The notes under the pieces: model-generated
The model's database searches: none
What the model was told of the DNA's origin: nothing
What the model saw: the letters and a program-made list of their open reading frames with translations, nothing else
Made by a program: the position numbers and the translations under genes
Shown here: piece after piece, positions 1-9,292 of the stretch
How positions within the stretch are numbered: the stretch's first letter is position 1
Layout of the letters: the number at the start of each line of letters is the position of its first letter
Virus record (IMG/VR): IMGVR_UViG_3300043418_000072
Coordinates: 62,001 to 126,000 of that record
DNA length: 64,000 nt
Strand: one strand, 5' to 3'

Positions 1-725
1 ACCCACACCTTGTGGAACATCCTCGCCTACGTAATATGCGGGCAGTGAAGGACTTGGACATTGTGTTTATCAGCAATGGCGAGCCAGACGAACAAAAATG
101 GTTTGAGCATACTGAGTACATGAGTAACCGCGATGTAAAATGGATTCGTGGGGTTAATGGGCGTGTTGCTGCATATCAAGCCGCAGCTAATGCCAGCACA
201 ACAGATTGGTTTCTAGCAGTGTTTGCCAAGCTAGAAGTAGTTGGCAATAGAGATATCTGGGAGTTCCGCCCGGACTATTGGCAAGGTCCCAAGCATTACA
301 TCTTTAACGCACAGAATCCTGTCAATGGACTAGTATACGGACACCAAGGAATGATTGCCTACAATAAGAGCCTTGTTTTAGCAAATAACGACCCTGGAAT
401 TGACTTTACCCTGTCACAACCGCACGAATCGGTGCCTATTCTTAGCGGGGTAGCACACTATAACCAAGACGCTTGGACCACATGGCGCACAGCCTTTAGA
501 GAGGTGTTAAAGCTGCGATTGTTTATGGACACACAGCCTACACTGGAAACTGAGCATAGACTGGAAATATGGCGCACAGTTGCGGCAGGCAACTACAGCA
601 ACTACAGCATCGATGGTGCTAACGATGCCGTTGCGTACTATGAAGAAGTACAGGGTGATTTAGCAAAGCTACAGTTGAGCTTTGAATGGGCGTGGCTACG
701 TGCCCGTTACGATGCTAAATACTGA
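1..725 (+). CDS. Glycosyltransferase-like protein, C-terminal part (5' truncated by window)
   Basis: Frame is open from the window start. DIVFIS..E, GVNGRVAAYQAAA and WRTAFRE motifs resemble phage GT2-like proteins. Confidence 0.5.
   Translation, partial: PHLVEHPRLRNMRAVKDLDIVFISNGEPDEQKWFEHTEYMSNRDVKWIRGVNGRVAAYQAAANASTTDWFLAVFAKLEVVGNRDIWEFRPDYWQGPKHYIFNAQNPVNGLVYGHQGMIAYNKSLVLANNDPGIDFTLSQPHESVPILSGVAHYNQDAWTTWRTAFREVLKLRLFMDTQPTLETEHRLEIWRTVAAGNYSNYSIDGANDAVAYYEEVQGDLAKLQLSFEWAWLRARYDAKY
716..721 (+). promoter_or_regulatory. Putative T4-type late promoter core TAAATA
   Basis: GCTAAATA lies 4 nt before the ATG at 726. The same hexamer precedes several other genes in short intergenic gaps. 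Confidence 0.5.
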
Positions 726-1565
726 ATGCGAATTAATGAAATTATAACCGAAGCAACTAACCCCGATATTCATCACTCAGAGTTCAAGCACGAGCAAGAG
801 ATTGGGGGACTACTGTATAAGGCCGAAGCAGATAACAACTCAGGCTACGGTACTACACTAGTCATTACAGTATACAATGGTAGAAAACAAATTGCGTCGA
901 CTGAATTCATTATAGACGAAGACCACAATTCACTAGTTAGTGCAAACACCTGGGTTTTGCCCAAGTACCAAGATCGGGGTGTAGCTACCACAATGTATGC
1001 TTATGCTAAGATGTTGGGCAACGACATTGTTCCGAGCAGGATACAAACAGATCAGGGCAACAGCATGTGGCGCTCATGGAATCAATCCAAACAAAGCAAA
1101 CACATTCTGCCCCGTGGTCACAAAGGCTACAACGAAGATACAGTGGGCCAATCTCTTGCTGAACTATTTGAGCCTGGTAAAGACTACAAATGGAGTTTCA
1201 CTGGCAGTGAAGAAGCAGTAGCAGTATTCCACATTGGCGAAGTGCCCTATCAATTCCATGCCTATACCTATCCCGGAGAGAATGGTACGTGGGAAGTGGA
1301 GTTTAAAAATGCCGAACGTGGACGCGGCCGCACTACTAAATTTGGATTAACTGGGACTGGTAATTCAGCTGAAGTAATGTCCACTATCACTGATATTATG
1401 CGTGAGTTCTTGCAGCGTTATCAAGGTAAAGTAACAGCACTCACATTCACAGCAGACGAACAGTCACGTCAATCGTTGTATGCTAGAATGGCCAAACGTT
1501 TATTACCAACGTGGCAGTTAACACAAACCGATAAGCAGTTTATATTAACTGCGCCTGCTAACTAA
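726..1565 (+). CDS. Two-module protein: MRINEIITE leader, GNAT-like acetyltransferase, unknown C-terminal module
   Basis: WVLPKYQDRGVATTMY matches GNAT motif A. The N-terminus is nearly identical to that of 58894..59274 (MKINEIITEA). Confidence 0.55.
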   Translation: MRINEIITEATNPDIHHSEFKHEQEIGGLLYKAEADNNSGYGTTLVITVYNGRKQIASTEFIIDEDHNSLVSANTWVLPKYQDRGVATTMYAYAKMLGNDIVPSRIQTDQGNSMWRSWNQSKQSKHILPRGHKGYNEDTVGQSLAELFEPGKDYKWSFTGSEEAVAVFHIGEVPYQFHAYTYPGENGTWEVEFKNAERGRGRTTKFGLTGTGNSAEVMSTITDIMREFLQRYQGKVTALTFTADEQSRQSLYARMAKRLLPTWQLTQTDKQFILTAPAN

Positions 1566-2667
1566 AGAACTTTTTGATTGTGCGAACCACATGTTCGACT
1601 TCGCTATCAGTCATTTCGGGGTAGATAGGCAAGCTCATACATTCGCGTGTATATGCACTTGATTCTCTAAAGAATTCATTCATATAGTCGGTGTATTCGT
1701 AACCAACTGGCAATTCAAACAATGGCTTGTCGTAGTGTATCTTTGTTTCGATGCCTGCGTCACGCATATACTGCATCAATGCGTGTCGGTTACTTAGGCG
1801 AATAACAAACTTGTGCCATGCGTGTACAACATCGTCATTGGGCAGTAGCACATCTACGTAAGACACAAGGTTCTCAATATAGTACTCAGCAATGGCTGTT
1901 CTACGCTTTTGCCAATCATCAAAGTGCTTGAGCTTCACTAACATTTGAGCACAATCACTTTCACTCATTCTACTGTTAGTCCCGGGGATTTGATGCCCGC
2001 TTGTTTTACCATTGTCCCGTAAGTCTACTATGTTGCAGAAGAACTCGTAATCGTCTGTGAGAATCATTCCGCCACTGCCATAGTTGGGAAGATTTTTAGT
2101 AGGATCAAAACTCAGCACACCTGCAGTACCCAGCTTGCCACTGGGGATACCTTTGTAGCTAGCACCAAAGCTCTGTGCAGCATCCTCTAGGATAAACAAG
2201 TCTTGATTAAAGAACTCTGTCATGACTCTAAAGCGATCGTAGTCGATTGTATTGCCAAACAAGTTGGCGTACATAATGGCACCAACTCCTGCACCTTTGA
2301 GTGCATAGTCACTGCTTTCAAGATCGATCAGTGCTTTATAATCGGTGTCGCAAAATACAGGTTCGTGCCCACTTAGTAGCACACTGTTGATTGTGGCAGC
2401 AAAGCTGATAGTGGGTATCATTACTTTGTCTCCGGCTGCAACGCCTGCCATCAAGGAGAAGATAAGTCCCTGCGTACATGACCCAACTGCAACAGCATAG
2501 CGTCTTTGGCAACGTGCAGCAATGGCTTGTTCAAACGTGTATGTTTGATGTCCATTAAGTACCTGACCAGTCTGGTAGACTGCATCGCTTGCATTAAGCA
2601 ATTCTTCACGCAGACTGGCGTACTGACGGGGTAATCCGAAGAACGGTATTAGATTTGGGTTTTCCAA
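1558..2667 (-). CDS. DegT/DnrJ/EryC1/StrS PLP-dependent sugar aminotransferase
   Basis: EDAAQSFGA, SFDPTKNL (PLP lysine), GGMILTDD and SLPIYPEM motifs. Confidence 0.92.
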   Translation of the reverse strand: MENPNLIPFFGLPRQYASLREELLNASDAVYQTGQVLNGHQTYTFEQAIAARCQRRYAVAVGSCTQGLIFSLMAGVAAGDKVMIPTISFAATINSVLLSGHEPVFCDTDYKALIDLESSDYALKGAGVGAIMYANLFGNTIDYDRFRVMTEFFNQDLFILEDAAQSFGASYKGIPSGKLGTAGVLSFDPTKNLPNYGSGGMILTDDYEFFCNIVDLRDNGKTSGHQIPGTNSRMSESDCAQMLVKLKHFDDWQKRRTAIAEYYIENLVSYVDVLLPNDDVVHAWHKFVIRLSNRHALMQYMRDAGIETKIHYDKPLFELPVGYEYTDYMNEFFRESSAYTRECMSLPIYPEMTDSEVEHVVRTIKKFFS

Positions 2668-3617
2668 AACGGGCTCGATTTAAACCAGTCGTGATACTTT
2701 TGGAAGCCTTCTTCAACATCGACCTTAGGATTAAAGTCAAAGTCTCTACGGGCAGCATCAATGTTTAATGCACCTCGACTAGGAAAGTCTGCGTCTTTGT
2801 CACGTACTTCTACTTTGCCTTTGCCTGCAATCTTAATAGCAAGGCTAGCAGCTTGTAATAAACTACAGCTATGGCTCTTGGTGATGTTGTATGTTCCGTT
2901 AACCGCTTGCTTGCTTAGGGTAGCAGCAACGATTCCGGCAGCAGCATCTTCTACGTATGTAAAGTCCAACGTTTCGTTTGCGCCGTTTACCTTAAGAGTT
3001 TCTCCGCGCATAGCTGAGAGCATAAACTTGGAAACGACTCGGTCTTCCACGTCGTATTCACCATAGACAGCAGAGGGGCGTATAATAACGTGATCAAAAA
3101 TGCCACGACGAGTATAGTCTTTAACAAGGTGTTCTCCCATATATTTCATAATGCCATATTGGCCTTGTGGATTGCAGACAGCCGACTCAGTAACATCGTC
3201 CTTAAAGTCACCGTACACCATGCTAGAGCTGATGTAAACAAACTTGGGAATCCGATTAAGTTTAGTCTGTTCTAGTAAGTTAACTAGAGCAGTAGACATC
3301 ACTTCGCTGCCCCATACAGGGTTAGCTCCTACAACCTTTTGTCTTGGAAAGCTAGCAAGGTGAATCACTGCATCGCAGTTTGCAGAGAATGTTCTAAAGA
3401 AATCCTCCACAGCCTTTCGGTCGCACAAGTCAAAGTGATGAACACTTGCCTTCATTCGACTTCTACGTGATTTGTACAAGTAGTCAAGCTCTTCTCGGTT
3501 AACAAACCCATAGTCAGTTACACTGTCAATCACGAAACATTCGTGTCCTTGTGCTTCTAACTGTCTAACTACGTTGTGGCCAATAAAGCCGGCGCCACCT
3601 GTTACAATGAATTTCAT
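2649..3617 (-). CDS. NAD-dependent nucleotide-sugar epimerase/dehydratase
   Basis: TGGAGFIG Rossmann motif, SSSMVYG and YGIMK (YxxxK). Confidence 0.92.
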   Translation of the reverse strand: MKFIVTGGAGFIGHNVVRQLEAQGHECFVIDSVTDYGFVNREELDYLYKSRRSRMKASVHHFDLCDRKAVEDFFRTFSANCDAVIHLASFPRQKVVGANPVWGSEVMSTALVNLLEQTKLNRIPKFVYISSSMVYGDFKDDVTESAVCNPQGQYGIMKYMGEHLVKDYTRRGIFDHVIIRPSAVYGEYDVEDRVVSKFMLSAMRGETLKVNGANETLDFTYVEDAAAGIVAATLSKQAVNGTYNITKSHSCSLLQAASLAIKIAGKGKVEVRDKDADFPSRGALNIDAARRDFDFNPKVDVEEGFQKYHDWFKSSPFWKTQI

Positions 3618-4525
3618 ACTGCCATCTCCGCTTTAATTGCTGCATGGCTTTCGTAACCGATCAACTTGATATCGTCCATTGTGAACTTAGTGATATCTTT
3701 GATGTCTGGGTTGATCCATAGTTGTGGCGCAGGTAAGGGTTCACGCTTCAATTGTTCTTTTACCTGCTCTACGTGATTTAGGTATATGTGTGCATCGCCT
3801 AGCACGTGAACGAACTCGCCGACCTGTAAATCGCACACTTTGGCTATCAGATGCGTAAGCAAACTATAGCTGGCGACATTGAACGGTACGCCTAAAAACA
3901 TATCACAACTTCGTTGGTACATCTGGCAACTTAGTTTGCCATCTGATACATAAAACTGAGCTAAGATATGGCACGGTGGCAGGGCCATAGCTTCTAACTC
4001 GCCTGGGTTCCATGCTGATATAATATGTCTTCGTCCGTGCGGATCTCGCTTAATACCGTCGATCAGTTGCATAAGTTGATCGACTTCTTGAAAATGGACA
4101 CTACCCTGTCTATTATATGTAGTGCCAAAGTCATCTCTAAATGTCTCTTGTGTGTGCTCTACTGGCGTGCGCCATTTGCGCCATTGCACTCCGTAAACTC
4201 GTCCGAGGTCTCCTGCGAACTTTGCGTTAGGAGTCCAATAATCAGCTCCAGCGTTACCGGACCAGATAGTTGTCTTGCTAGGGTCACGAGTTCCATGTAA
4301 TATCTCAGCGAGTCGTCTTTCATCGCCCGATCCTTCAATGAACCACAGTAACTCAGATACTACGCTGCGCCAAGCTAGCTTCTTTGTTGTTACTGCGGGA
4401 AATGATTCTGCTAGGTTATAGCGTTGCTGCATACCAAATTGGCTAATAGTGCCAGTTCCGGTACGATCTGTTTTCTCAGTCCCTTTATTCAGGACTTCCT
4501 GTAGTGCGGCCAAATAGGTGTTCAT
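3614..4525 (-). CDS. thyA: Thymidylate synthase
   Basis: DRTGTGT, LPPCH and YQRSCDMFLGVPFN motifs. The Asn indicates dUMP specificity. Confidence 0.97.
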   Translation of the reverse strand: MNTYLAALQEVLNKGTEKTDRTGTGTISQFGMQQRYNLAESFPAVTTKKLAWRSVVSELLWFIEGSGDERRLAEILHGTRDPSKTTIWSGNAGADYWTPNAKFAGDLGRVYGVQWRKWRTPVEHTQETFRDDFGTTYNRQGSVHFQEVDQLMQLIDGIKRDPHGRRHIISAWNPGELEAMALPPCHILAQFYVSDGKLSCQMYQRSCDMFLGVPFNVASYSLLTHLIAKVCDLQVGEFVHVLGDAHIYLNHVEQVKEQLKREPLPAPQLWINPDIKDITKFTMDDIKLIGYESHAAIKAEMAV

Positions 4526-4994
4526 AAATTACGTAAGTGAAATTGTTTGCTGCGTCTGATGTAGCACGTACTGGGCTCCACCCTGTTAGCAGAGATTTTA
4601 AGTTTATCTTAGTATCTATTTTATATGAACCCTTGATGTGAGTCAAGTACATTCTGTCAAAGATACCATCGCATTGTTCCAATACGTTTGGCCCGCCTAC
4701 TACCCAAATGATTTTGTCTGGGTGACGTTTTTCTAATGCAAGGATTTCTTCTTTAAGATCGCCTTTGATCTGTGCTGCATGAAATACAGGCTTAGTGGTT
4801 GCAACATATACCGTACGACCGGTTAAGGGTTTAGGTAACTTAGGATCGTCCCATGAGGTTCGCCCCATTACAACTACATGACCATCTGTAAGTCGTTTAA
4901 AGTGTTTCATATCTTCGGAGTTGTGGGGCCATGGCAGTGTGCCATTAAACCCCATTCCGCCGTATTGGTCTACGGCAAAAAGGGCGTTTATCAT
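4485..4994 (-). CDS. folA: Dihydrofolate reductase
   Basis: LPWP..EDMKHFK, VVMGRTSW, PL.GR and VVGG motifs; adjacent to thyA. Confidence 0.93.
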   Translation of the reverse strand: MINALFAVDQYGGMGFNGTLPWPHNSEDMKHFKRLTDGHVVVMGRTSWDDPKLPKPLTGRTVYVATTKPVFHAAQIKGDLKEEILALEKRHPDKIIWVVGGPNVLEQCDGIFDRMYLTHIKGSYKIDTKINLKSLLTGWSPVRATSDAANNFTYVIYEHLFGRTTGSPE

Positions 4995-5335
4995 AAGTTC
5001 TTTAGTAGATTATCTGTTGCTGGTTGCACCGCAAGGCGCACTTGCTCGATGTTAATGTAAAAATCAACATCATCGATGATGTCGTCTAAGGTCTCCAATC
5101 GCTCTTCGAGGTGAATTCTAAGAGCGTCGGGATCGGCCCCTTCGGCAAGCATTTCCTGGATATCAATAACAACTTGTGTTCCATCGGTTAGGTTCACTAC
5201 TATTGACTCCAACATCTCAATGGGCACATCCTCTTTCTCAACGTCTTTGAGGATGGCCTCCCATTGTTTTTTGCTGCTTAGATTAAGCCGCTTGCTTTTT
5301 GGTCGCTTTGGCTTTTGTGGTTTTTCTTGTGCCAT
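4991..5335 (-). CDS. Hypothetical protein (acidic C-terminus)
   Basis: Tightly packed ORF within the operon. Confidence 0.6.
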   Translation of the reverse strand: MAQEKPQKPKRPKSKRLNLSSKKQWEAILKDVEKEDVPIEMLESIVVNLTDGTQVVIDIQEMLAEGADPDALRIHLEERLETLDDIIDDVDFYINIEQVRLAVQPATDNLLKNL

Positions 5336-5981
5336 CTGTAGTAGGTGCAGTAGGGTTTAGTGTGCTTGCTTCTGTTTCAAGACGAGCAGCTTCGGCTAAC
5401 ATAGCTTCGGCTTGGCGCTTCATATCGGCTGCTTGAGTTAGACGTTGTTGTGCTAGATCTGAATCAGATAGTACACCTGCTACATATTGTTCTGCACTCA
5501 TCGAACCTTCGACACCTGCATTTGCTCTGCTATTAGCAGGCATACCTACTTCACGGGCATCAGCAGCTTGCCCACGCTTGCCGGTCATACCCTTGTTTGC
5601 ATCAATTTCTGCTAGACGCTTAACAGCACCTTCGCCCATTGCCATTTCATTTAAAATCTTGTTTAGTTCATCTAAACGCACACTTGACTTTGCGTTAGGA
5701 GTAACTAGAACTTGGTTACACGGAACCTTCTTGATCATGCCTTCTTGATGCAATACTGACAATAAGATTCGTCCATCTTGCATATATGTTCTGTGTAATA
5801 CATCTGCAATCTCTTTAGCAGATTGTCCAGCATCACCTTCGACAGCTCGCATCAAGTCATCGTGGATCATGCGTGGTAGCAAGTCACTATAAATTACAAG
5901 ACACATGTGTCCTTCGTCTGGAACTTCACGGAATAGAATAACTACTTTCCGATCGTTATGTTTACCTACGTGCTTAGCCAT
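5283..5981 (-). CDS. Hypothetical phage protein with C-terminal coiled coil and basic tail
   Basis: 232 aa ORF with GAGGAG RBS upstream. Confidence 0.7.
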   Translation of the reverse strand: MAKHVGKHNDRKVVILFREVPDEGHMCLVIYSDLLPRMIHDDLMRAVEGDAGQSAKEIADVLHRTYMQDGRILLSVLHQEGMIKKVPCNQVLVTPNAKSSVRLDELNKILNEMAMGEGAVKRLAEIDANKGMTGKRGQAADAREVGMPANSRANAGVEGSMSAEQYVAGVLSDSDLAQQRLTQAADMKRQAEAMLAEAARLETEASTLNPTAPTTDGTRKTTKAKATKKQAA

Positions 5982-6216
5982 TTTGATTCTCCTCAGTGGG
6001 TTGTGGTTGTGGTGCAGGCTGTAGTGCTCCGGTAGCAGTTAAGAACTTAACTAGCTTATCGTGCAATGCACCAACTTCGGCCATTTCTTCGGCGCGAATT
6101 GCACCGCGTTGTGCAGTGGCTTGAATAACCTTCAGCATTAAAACCATGTCTGCTAGTTGCAGGCTTGGCGCTTCTGGTTGTACTTGTTCGGGGGTTTGGG
6201 TTTGCTCTGTACTCAT
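5974..6216 (-). CDS. Hypothetical protein
   Basis: 80 aa ORF with AGGA RBS and a TAAATA motif upstream. Confidence 0.7.
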   Translation of the reverse strand: MSTEQTQTPEQVQPEAPSLQLADMVLMLKVIQATAQRGAIRAEEMAEVGALHDKLVKFLTATGALQPAPQPQPTEENQNG

Positions 6217-6221
6217 TGTGT

Positions 6222-6259
6222 ATCCTATGCGTAATAACTATAGTTATTTACGATAGGAT
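6222..6259 (-). promoter_or_regulatory. Late-type promoter (TAAATA, 6245-6250) inside an RBS-sequestering hairpin
   Basis: Minus strand ATCCTATCGTAAATAAC-TATA-GTTATTACGCATAGGAT is an imperfect inverted repeat whose 3' arm carries the AGGA RBS. Confidence 0.55.
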
Positions 6260-6278
6260 CACAGAGACGAAAAATTTC

Positions 6279-6569
6279 TTAGAAGTCTGATTGATACTGG
6301 TTAATGGTGTCCAGTATTAGACTGAAATAGCTGGCTTCTCCGGGAGTTTCAAATGCAACCATTTTTTGCATGTTAACTCCGCTACCAGTGGATTCGATGT
6401 AGAAGTCGCCTATGTAAAAGCGTCCATCCAAGTGTTCCCAAATCCAATCAGTAACTGTTTTCTCTTGGGTTGCAAGATCAAACGTTACCTTAGTGAAATG
6501 CGGAGGGCAGTGATCTACCCTTCGCAATCCAAAAACAGCAAGCGGATTGACTTCGTTATGCTTTAGCAT
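6279..6569 (-). CDS. Hypothetical protein (small FxxxxxAxxFxL family)
   Basis: C-terminal VAFETPGEASYFSL motif. Confidence 0.65.
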   Translation of the reverse strand: MLKHNEVNPLAVFGLRRVDHCPPHFTKVTFDLATQEKTVTDWIWEHLDGRFYIGDFYIESTGSGVNMQKMVAFETPGEASYFSLILDTINQYQSDF

Positions 6570-7261
6570 TAGTCATCGTTGCCCGGGGCAACACCAATCA
6601 GTTGCAGCAAGTTAACAAACAAGTTAATGAAATCTAGATACAGGTTCAGTGCTCCGAGTACTTCTACTGCGGTAGTATCTTCGCCTTCGACACTAACTGC
6701 TTCGCGGATTTGTTGAGTGTCGTATGCGGTGAATCCCAAAAAGATCACAATCGCAATAGCACTAATAACCATCTGCATTACAGTGCTGCCAATGAACAAG
6801 TTAATCAAGCTAGCAATGATAATAGCAATTAGCGCAATGAACAGCATCTGTCCCATGCCACTTAGATCCTTCTTAGTAAAGTATCCGTAAATGCTCATCA
6901 CTCCGAACAGCACAGCAGCGCCCATGAACGCAGTAAAGATACTGCCCATTGAGTAGACTACAAAGATGGCTGACATGCTCAATCCCATTAGTGCAGCAAA
7001 TACATGCAGCAGTCCAACAGATACTGATGCAGGTGGGTCAGCAGCAATCGCAGGAGTGATAAAGAAAATCGCCACTAAGGGTGCAAACAGCACAACCCAT
7101 TTCATTACACCGGTAAAAAAGAATTGCATCAGTTCATGATTGTGTCCCACTAGGAAACTAACAATCATACTGTTAAGTACAGCAGTCATCATGTAAAAAT
7201 ACACGCGACCCATTGCTTGATTGATGCCTGTTGCATCTCGATAAATTCCAGTTACAAACAT
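6569..7261 (-). CDS. Bax inhibitor-1/YccA-family membrane protein
   Basis: About 7 hydrophobic segments; YGYFTKKDLS, TAYDTQQI and ALNLYLDFINLF are family motifs. Confidence 0.9.
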   Translation of the reverse strand: MFVTGIYRDATGINQAMGRVYFYMMTAVLNSMIVSFLVGHNHELMQFFFTGVMKWVVLFAPLVAIFFITPAIAADPPASVSVGLLHVFAALMGLSMSAIFVVYSMGSIFTAFMGAAVLFGVMSIYGYFTKKDLSGMGQMLFIALIAIIIASLINLFIGSTVMQMVISAIAIVIFLGFTAYDTQQIREAVSVEGEDTTAVEVLGALNLYLDFINLFVNLLQLIGVAPGNDD

Positions 7262-7623
7262 TATGCTTTCTCCTTTGTGTCAGCTTCGTCGTTGGTGACA
7301 ATGGTAATCTTCATTTTCTCTGTTGGGATAGGACGGTCGATTGTGATCTTCTTCTCTAGTGCAGCTTCCGCTTCGCGTCGGAAGCCTTCGAACAATTCAA
7401 ACTGTCGAGTAATCTCAACAATCTCACTTGCACGGGCTAGGTCCTCGAGACGCATCTCAAGTTCCATAATGCGATCGATTGCATCTTGCATGTCAGTAGG
7501 AGCGTTGAGATAATTCTCTTGGCTACGGGCATACTTGGCCTTCTCTGCGTCAGTCATGCCCTCCCACTTTTCGGCAGACATACCGTCTTCGCTTACTTCA
7601 GTTGTGTTAGTTGCTTGTGTCAT
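7261..7623 (-). CDS. Hypothetical protein (start moved to ATG at 7623)
   Basis: MTQATNTTE follows directly on the stop of the vWA gene. The longer ORF-track start overlaps that gene. Confidence 0.6.
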   Translation of the reverse strand: MTQATNTTEVSEDGMSAEKWEGMTDAEKAKYARSQENYLNAPTDMQDAIDRIMELEMRLEDLARASEIVEITRQFELFEGFRREAEAALEKKITIDRPIPTEKMKITIVTNDEADTKEKA

Positions 7624-7624
7624 C

Positions 7625-8893
7625 TCATTTGCCTTTCGTAGCGTTTTCGTAGTGTGCCCACACACCAAACTCGGGTTCGGCACTTGGGTTACCTTTGATA
7701 ATCCACACTGTGTCGCAGTAGTTAGCAACCTTGTCTGGAGTCCAACCAAAGAAGCAGTAGTCAGTAAACATAATCAGCTTCTTAGGCTCAATGCCTTCTT
7801 CGATCAAGCGTTCCCACACGCACATTGGGTCAGTACCGCCGCCGCCGCCTGGCACAAAGCCTGCAATGTCTTCCAAGTTTTCACTTGTAAAGTCTGCGTG
7901 GTTGTGAACTTGGGTATCCCAGCCCATTACGTGGATCTTGTACTCATCGTACGATTCCATAATGCCCTTGATCTCGCTCAAGAAGATCTTCAAGTCGTGG
8001 TCGGTAATAGAACCAGAAGTGTCAATGCCAATCACAACGTCAATGGTCTCGCCGGGCTTTTGTGCAGGCAAGATAGCATCCATGTGCCAGCTCTTACGTC
8101 CGGGACGTGCAAATGTGTAGTCACTCTTGATAGTGCTTTGGATTTGTTGCTCCAACAGCTCTTTCCAAGAAATTTGTGGCTCCAGCATGTCCTTAACAAG
8201 ACGCTTAACACCTGCGGGCAAGTTACCTGCGCCAACAGCCTGTGCAGCAGCAATCATAGCTTCTTTCAGCTCATCTTTGATTGCTTTCTTTTCTGCGGCA
8301 CTCAGCTTAGGGCGGCCCTTGCCATCTTTGTCGCCATCACCATCTTCGTCGTCATCACCGTCGCCATCCAAATGCTCGTCTAACACTTGGCTCAGCAACT
8401 TGCTGATATCCATTTTATTAGCGTTTTGCATCAAGTCGTCGTAGACTTCTTCCATGCTCATGCCTTTGTACTTGGGATCGTACAGCATACCCACTACAGT
8501 GATCTTCTCGCCAACCTTCTGGTCGATCAAGTCTGCGTTAACACAGAAGTCAGCAGCAATGTTAGAGATCTTAGGATCACGGTCGCCTCGGCGTCCCATG
8601 TGGTCGTAAACCGCGTGAAGCACTTCGTGACCTACCAAGAACTCAACTTGCTTGAGTGGCATTTTGTTCACGAATTCGCTATTGTAATAGAACTTGCGAC
8701 CGTCAGTAGCGGCAGTACCGCACCACTCATCTGCATTAGTGAGTGTCATGCGTGTAGCTAAGTTGCCAAAGAAGGGAGCCTTTAACAGCAAGCCAATACG
8801 GGCAGTAATCAGTTTTTCGCGGGCAGCAGCATCCACTTTGGGATCTGTAACTGTTTTAACTTTTGGCTTTTCTGCTTGTGTAGATTCAGACAT
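7625..8893 (-). CDS. DUF2201-type metallopeptidase with vWA domain
   Basis: TAATDG, HEVLH (HExxH), acidic linker, IDTSGS MIDAS motif, GGGGTD and FTD. Confidence 0.88.
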   Translation of the reverse strand: MSESTQAEKPKVKTVTDPKVDAAAREKLITARIGLLLKAPFFGNLATRMTLTNADEWCGTAATDGRKFYYNSEFVNKMPLKQVEFLVGHEVLHAVYDHMGRRGDRDPKISNIAADFCVNADLIDQKVGEKITVVGMLYDPKYKGMSMEEVYDDLMQNANKMDISKLLSQVLDEHLDGDGDDDEDGDGDKDGKGRPKLSAAEKKAIKDELKEAMIAAAQAVGAGNLPAGVKRLVKDMLEPQISWKELLEQQIQSTIKSDYTFARPGRKSWHMDAILPAQKPGETIDVVIGIDTSGSITDHDLKIFLSEIKGIMESYDEYKIHVMGWDTQVHNHADFTSENLEDIAGFVPGGGGGTDPMCVWERLIEEGIEPKKLIMFTDYCFFGWTPDKVANYCDTVWIIKGNPSAEPEFGVWAHYENATKGK

Positions 8894-8918
8894 TTGTGTT
8901 CCTTTTTAAACTAAGTGT

Positions 8919-8947
8919 ATTATAACACTGTTTTCTTTATTGGTCAA
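8919..8947 (-). promoter_or_regulatory. Sigma70-type early promoter
   Basis: TTGACC-17 nt-TATAAT upstream of the vWA gene. Confidence 0.8.
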
Positions 8948-8957
8948 GTTGACCATT

Positions 8958-9254
8958 TTAGTCCCAATACAGTAGATATGCACTTAAACTGGCATCTGCG
9001 AAGTAAAGTTGCATGTGACTGGTATCACGCCACCATGCCCAACTTGCATCTGTGCCCCATGTAGTGTAATCCAACTCTAGACCTGGACCAAAGTTCTCCC
9101 AGCACCACACTCGACGGGCATTGAAATCCTGCATCATCACACTTGGATTTCTCAGGTGTTCTTTTGTTTTCCAGAAATCAACATAATAGGTAAACACGCC
9201 AAACCCTTTATGGCGCTTGTCCATCTTAACTATACTGTATTGTGTATGTGACAT
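8958..9254 (-). CDS. Hypothetical protein (small FxxxxxAxxFxL-like family)
   Basis: WCWENFGP and LYFADASLSAYLLYW motifs. Confidence 0.6.
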   Translation of the reverse strand: MSHTQYSIVKMDKRHKGFGVFTYYVDFWKTKEHLRNPSVMMQDFNARRVWCWENFGPGLELDYTTWGTDASWAWWRDTSHMQLYFADASLSAYLLYWD

Positions 9255-9258
9255 AGTG

Positions 9259-9281
9259 AAAAAGGGGCCTAAGCCCCTTTT
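9259..9281. terminator. Intrinsic terminator, possibly bidirectional
   Basis: AAAAA-GGGGC-CTAA-GCCCC-TTTT just downstream of the AAA ATPase gene. Confidence 0.8.
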
Positions 9282-9292
9282 GTTAACAGCAA

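Noticed and set aside
3614-4525. thyA as a pyrimidine-hypermodification enzyme (dCMP or dUMP hydroxymethylase)
   Set aside because: It has the canonical PFN asparagine and full ThyA motifs and is paired with DHFR, consistent with ordinary dTMP synthesis.
7535-8383. 282 aa plus-strand ORF, and similar antisense ORFs such as 9809..10372, 20982..21692 and 57253..57789
   Set aside because: They lie opposite well-supported minus-strand genes with strong codon bias and show no recognisable RBS or motifs, so they are shadow ORFs.
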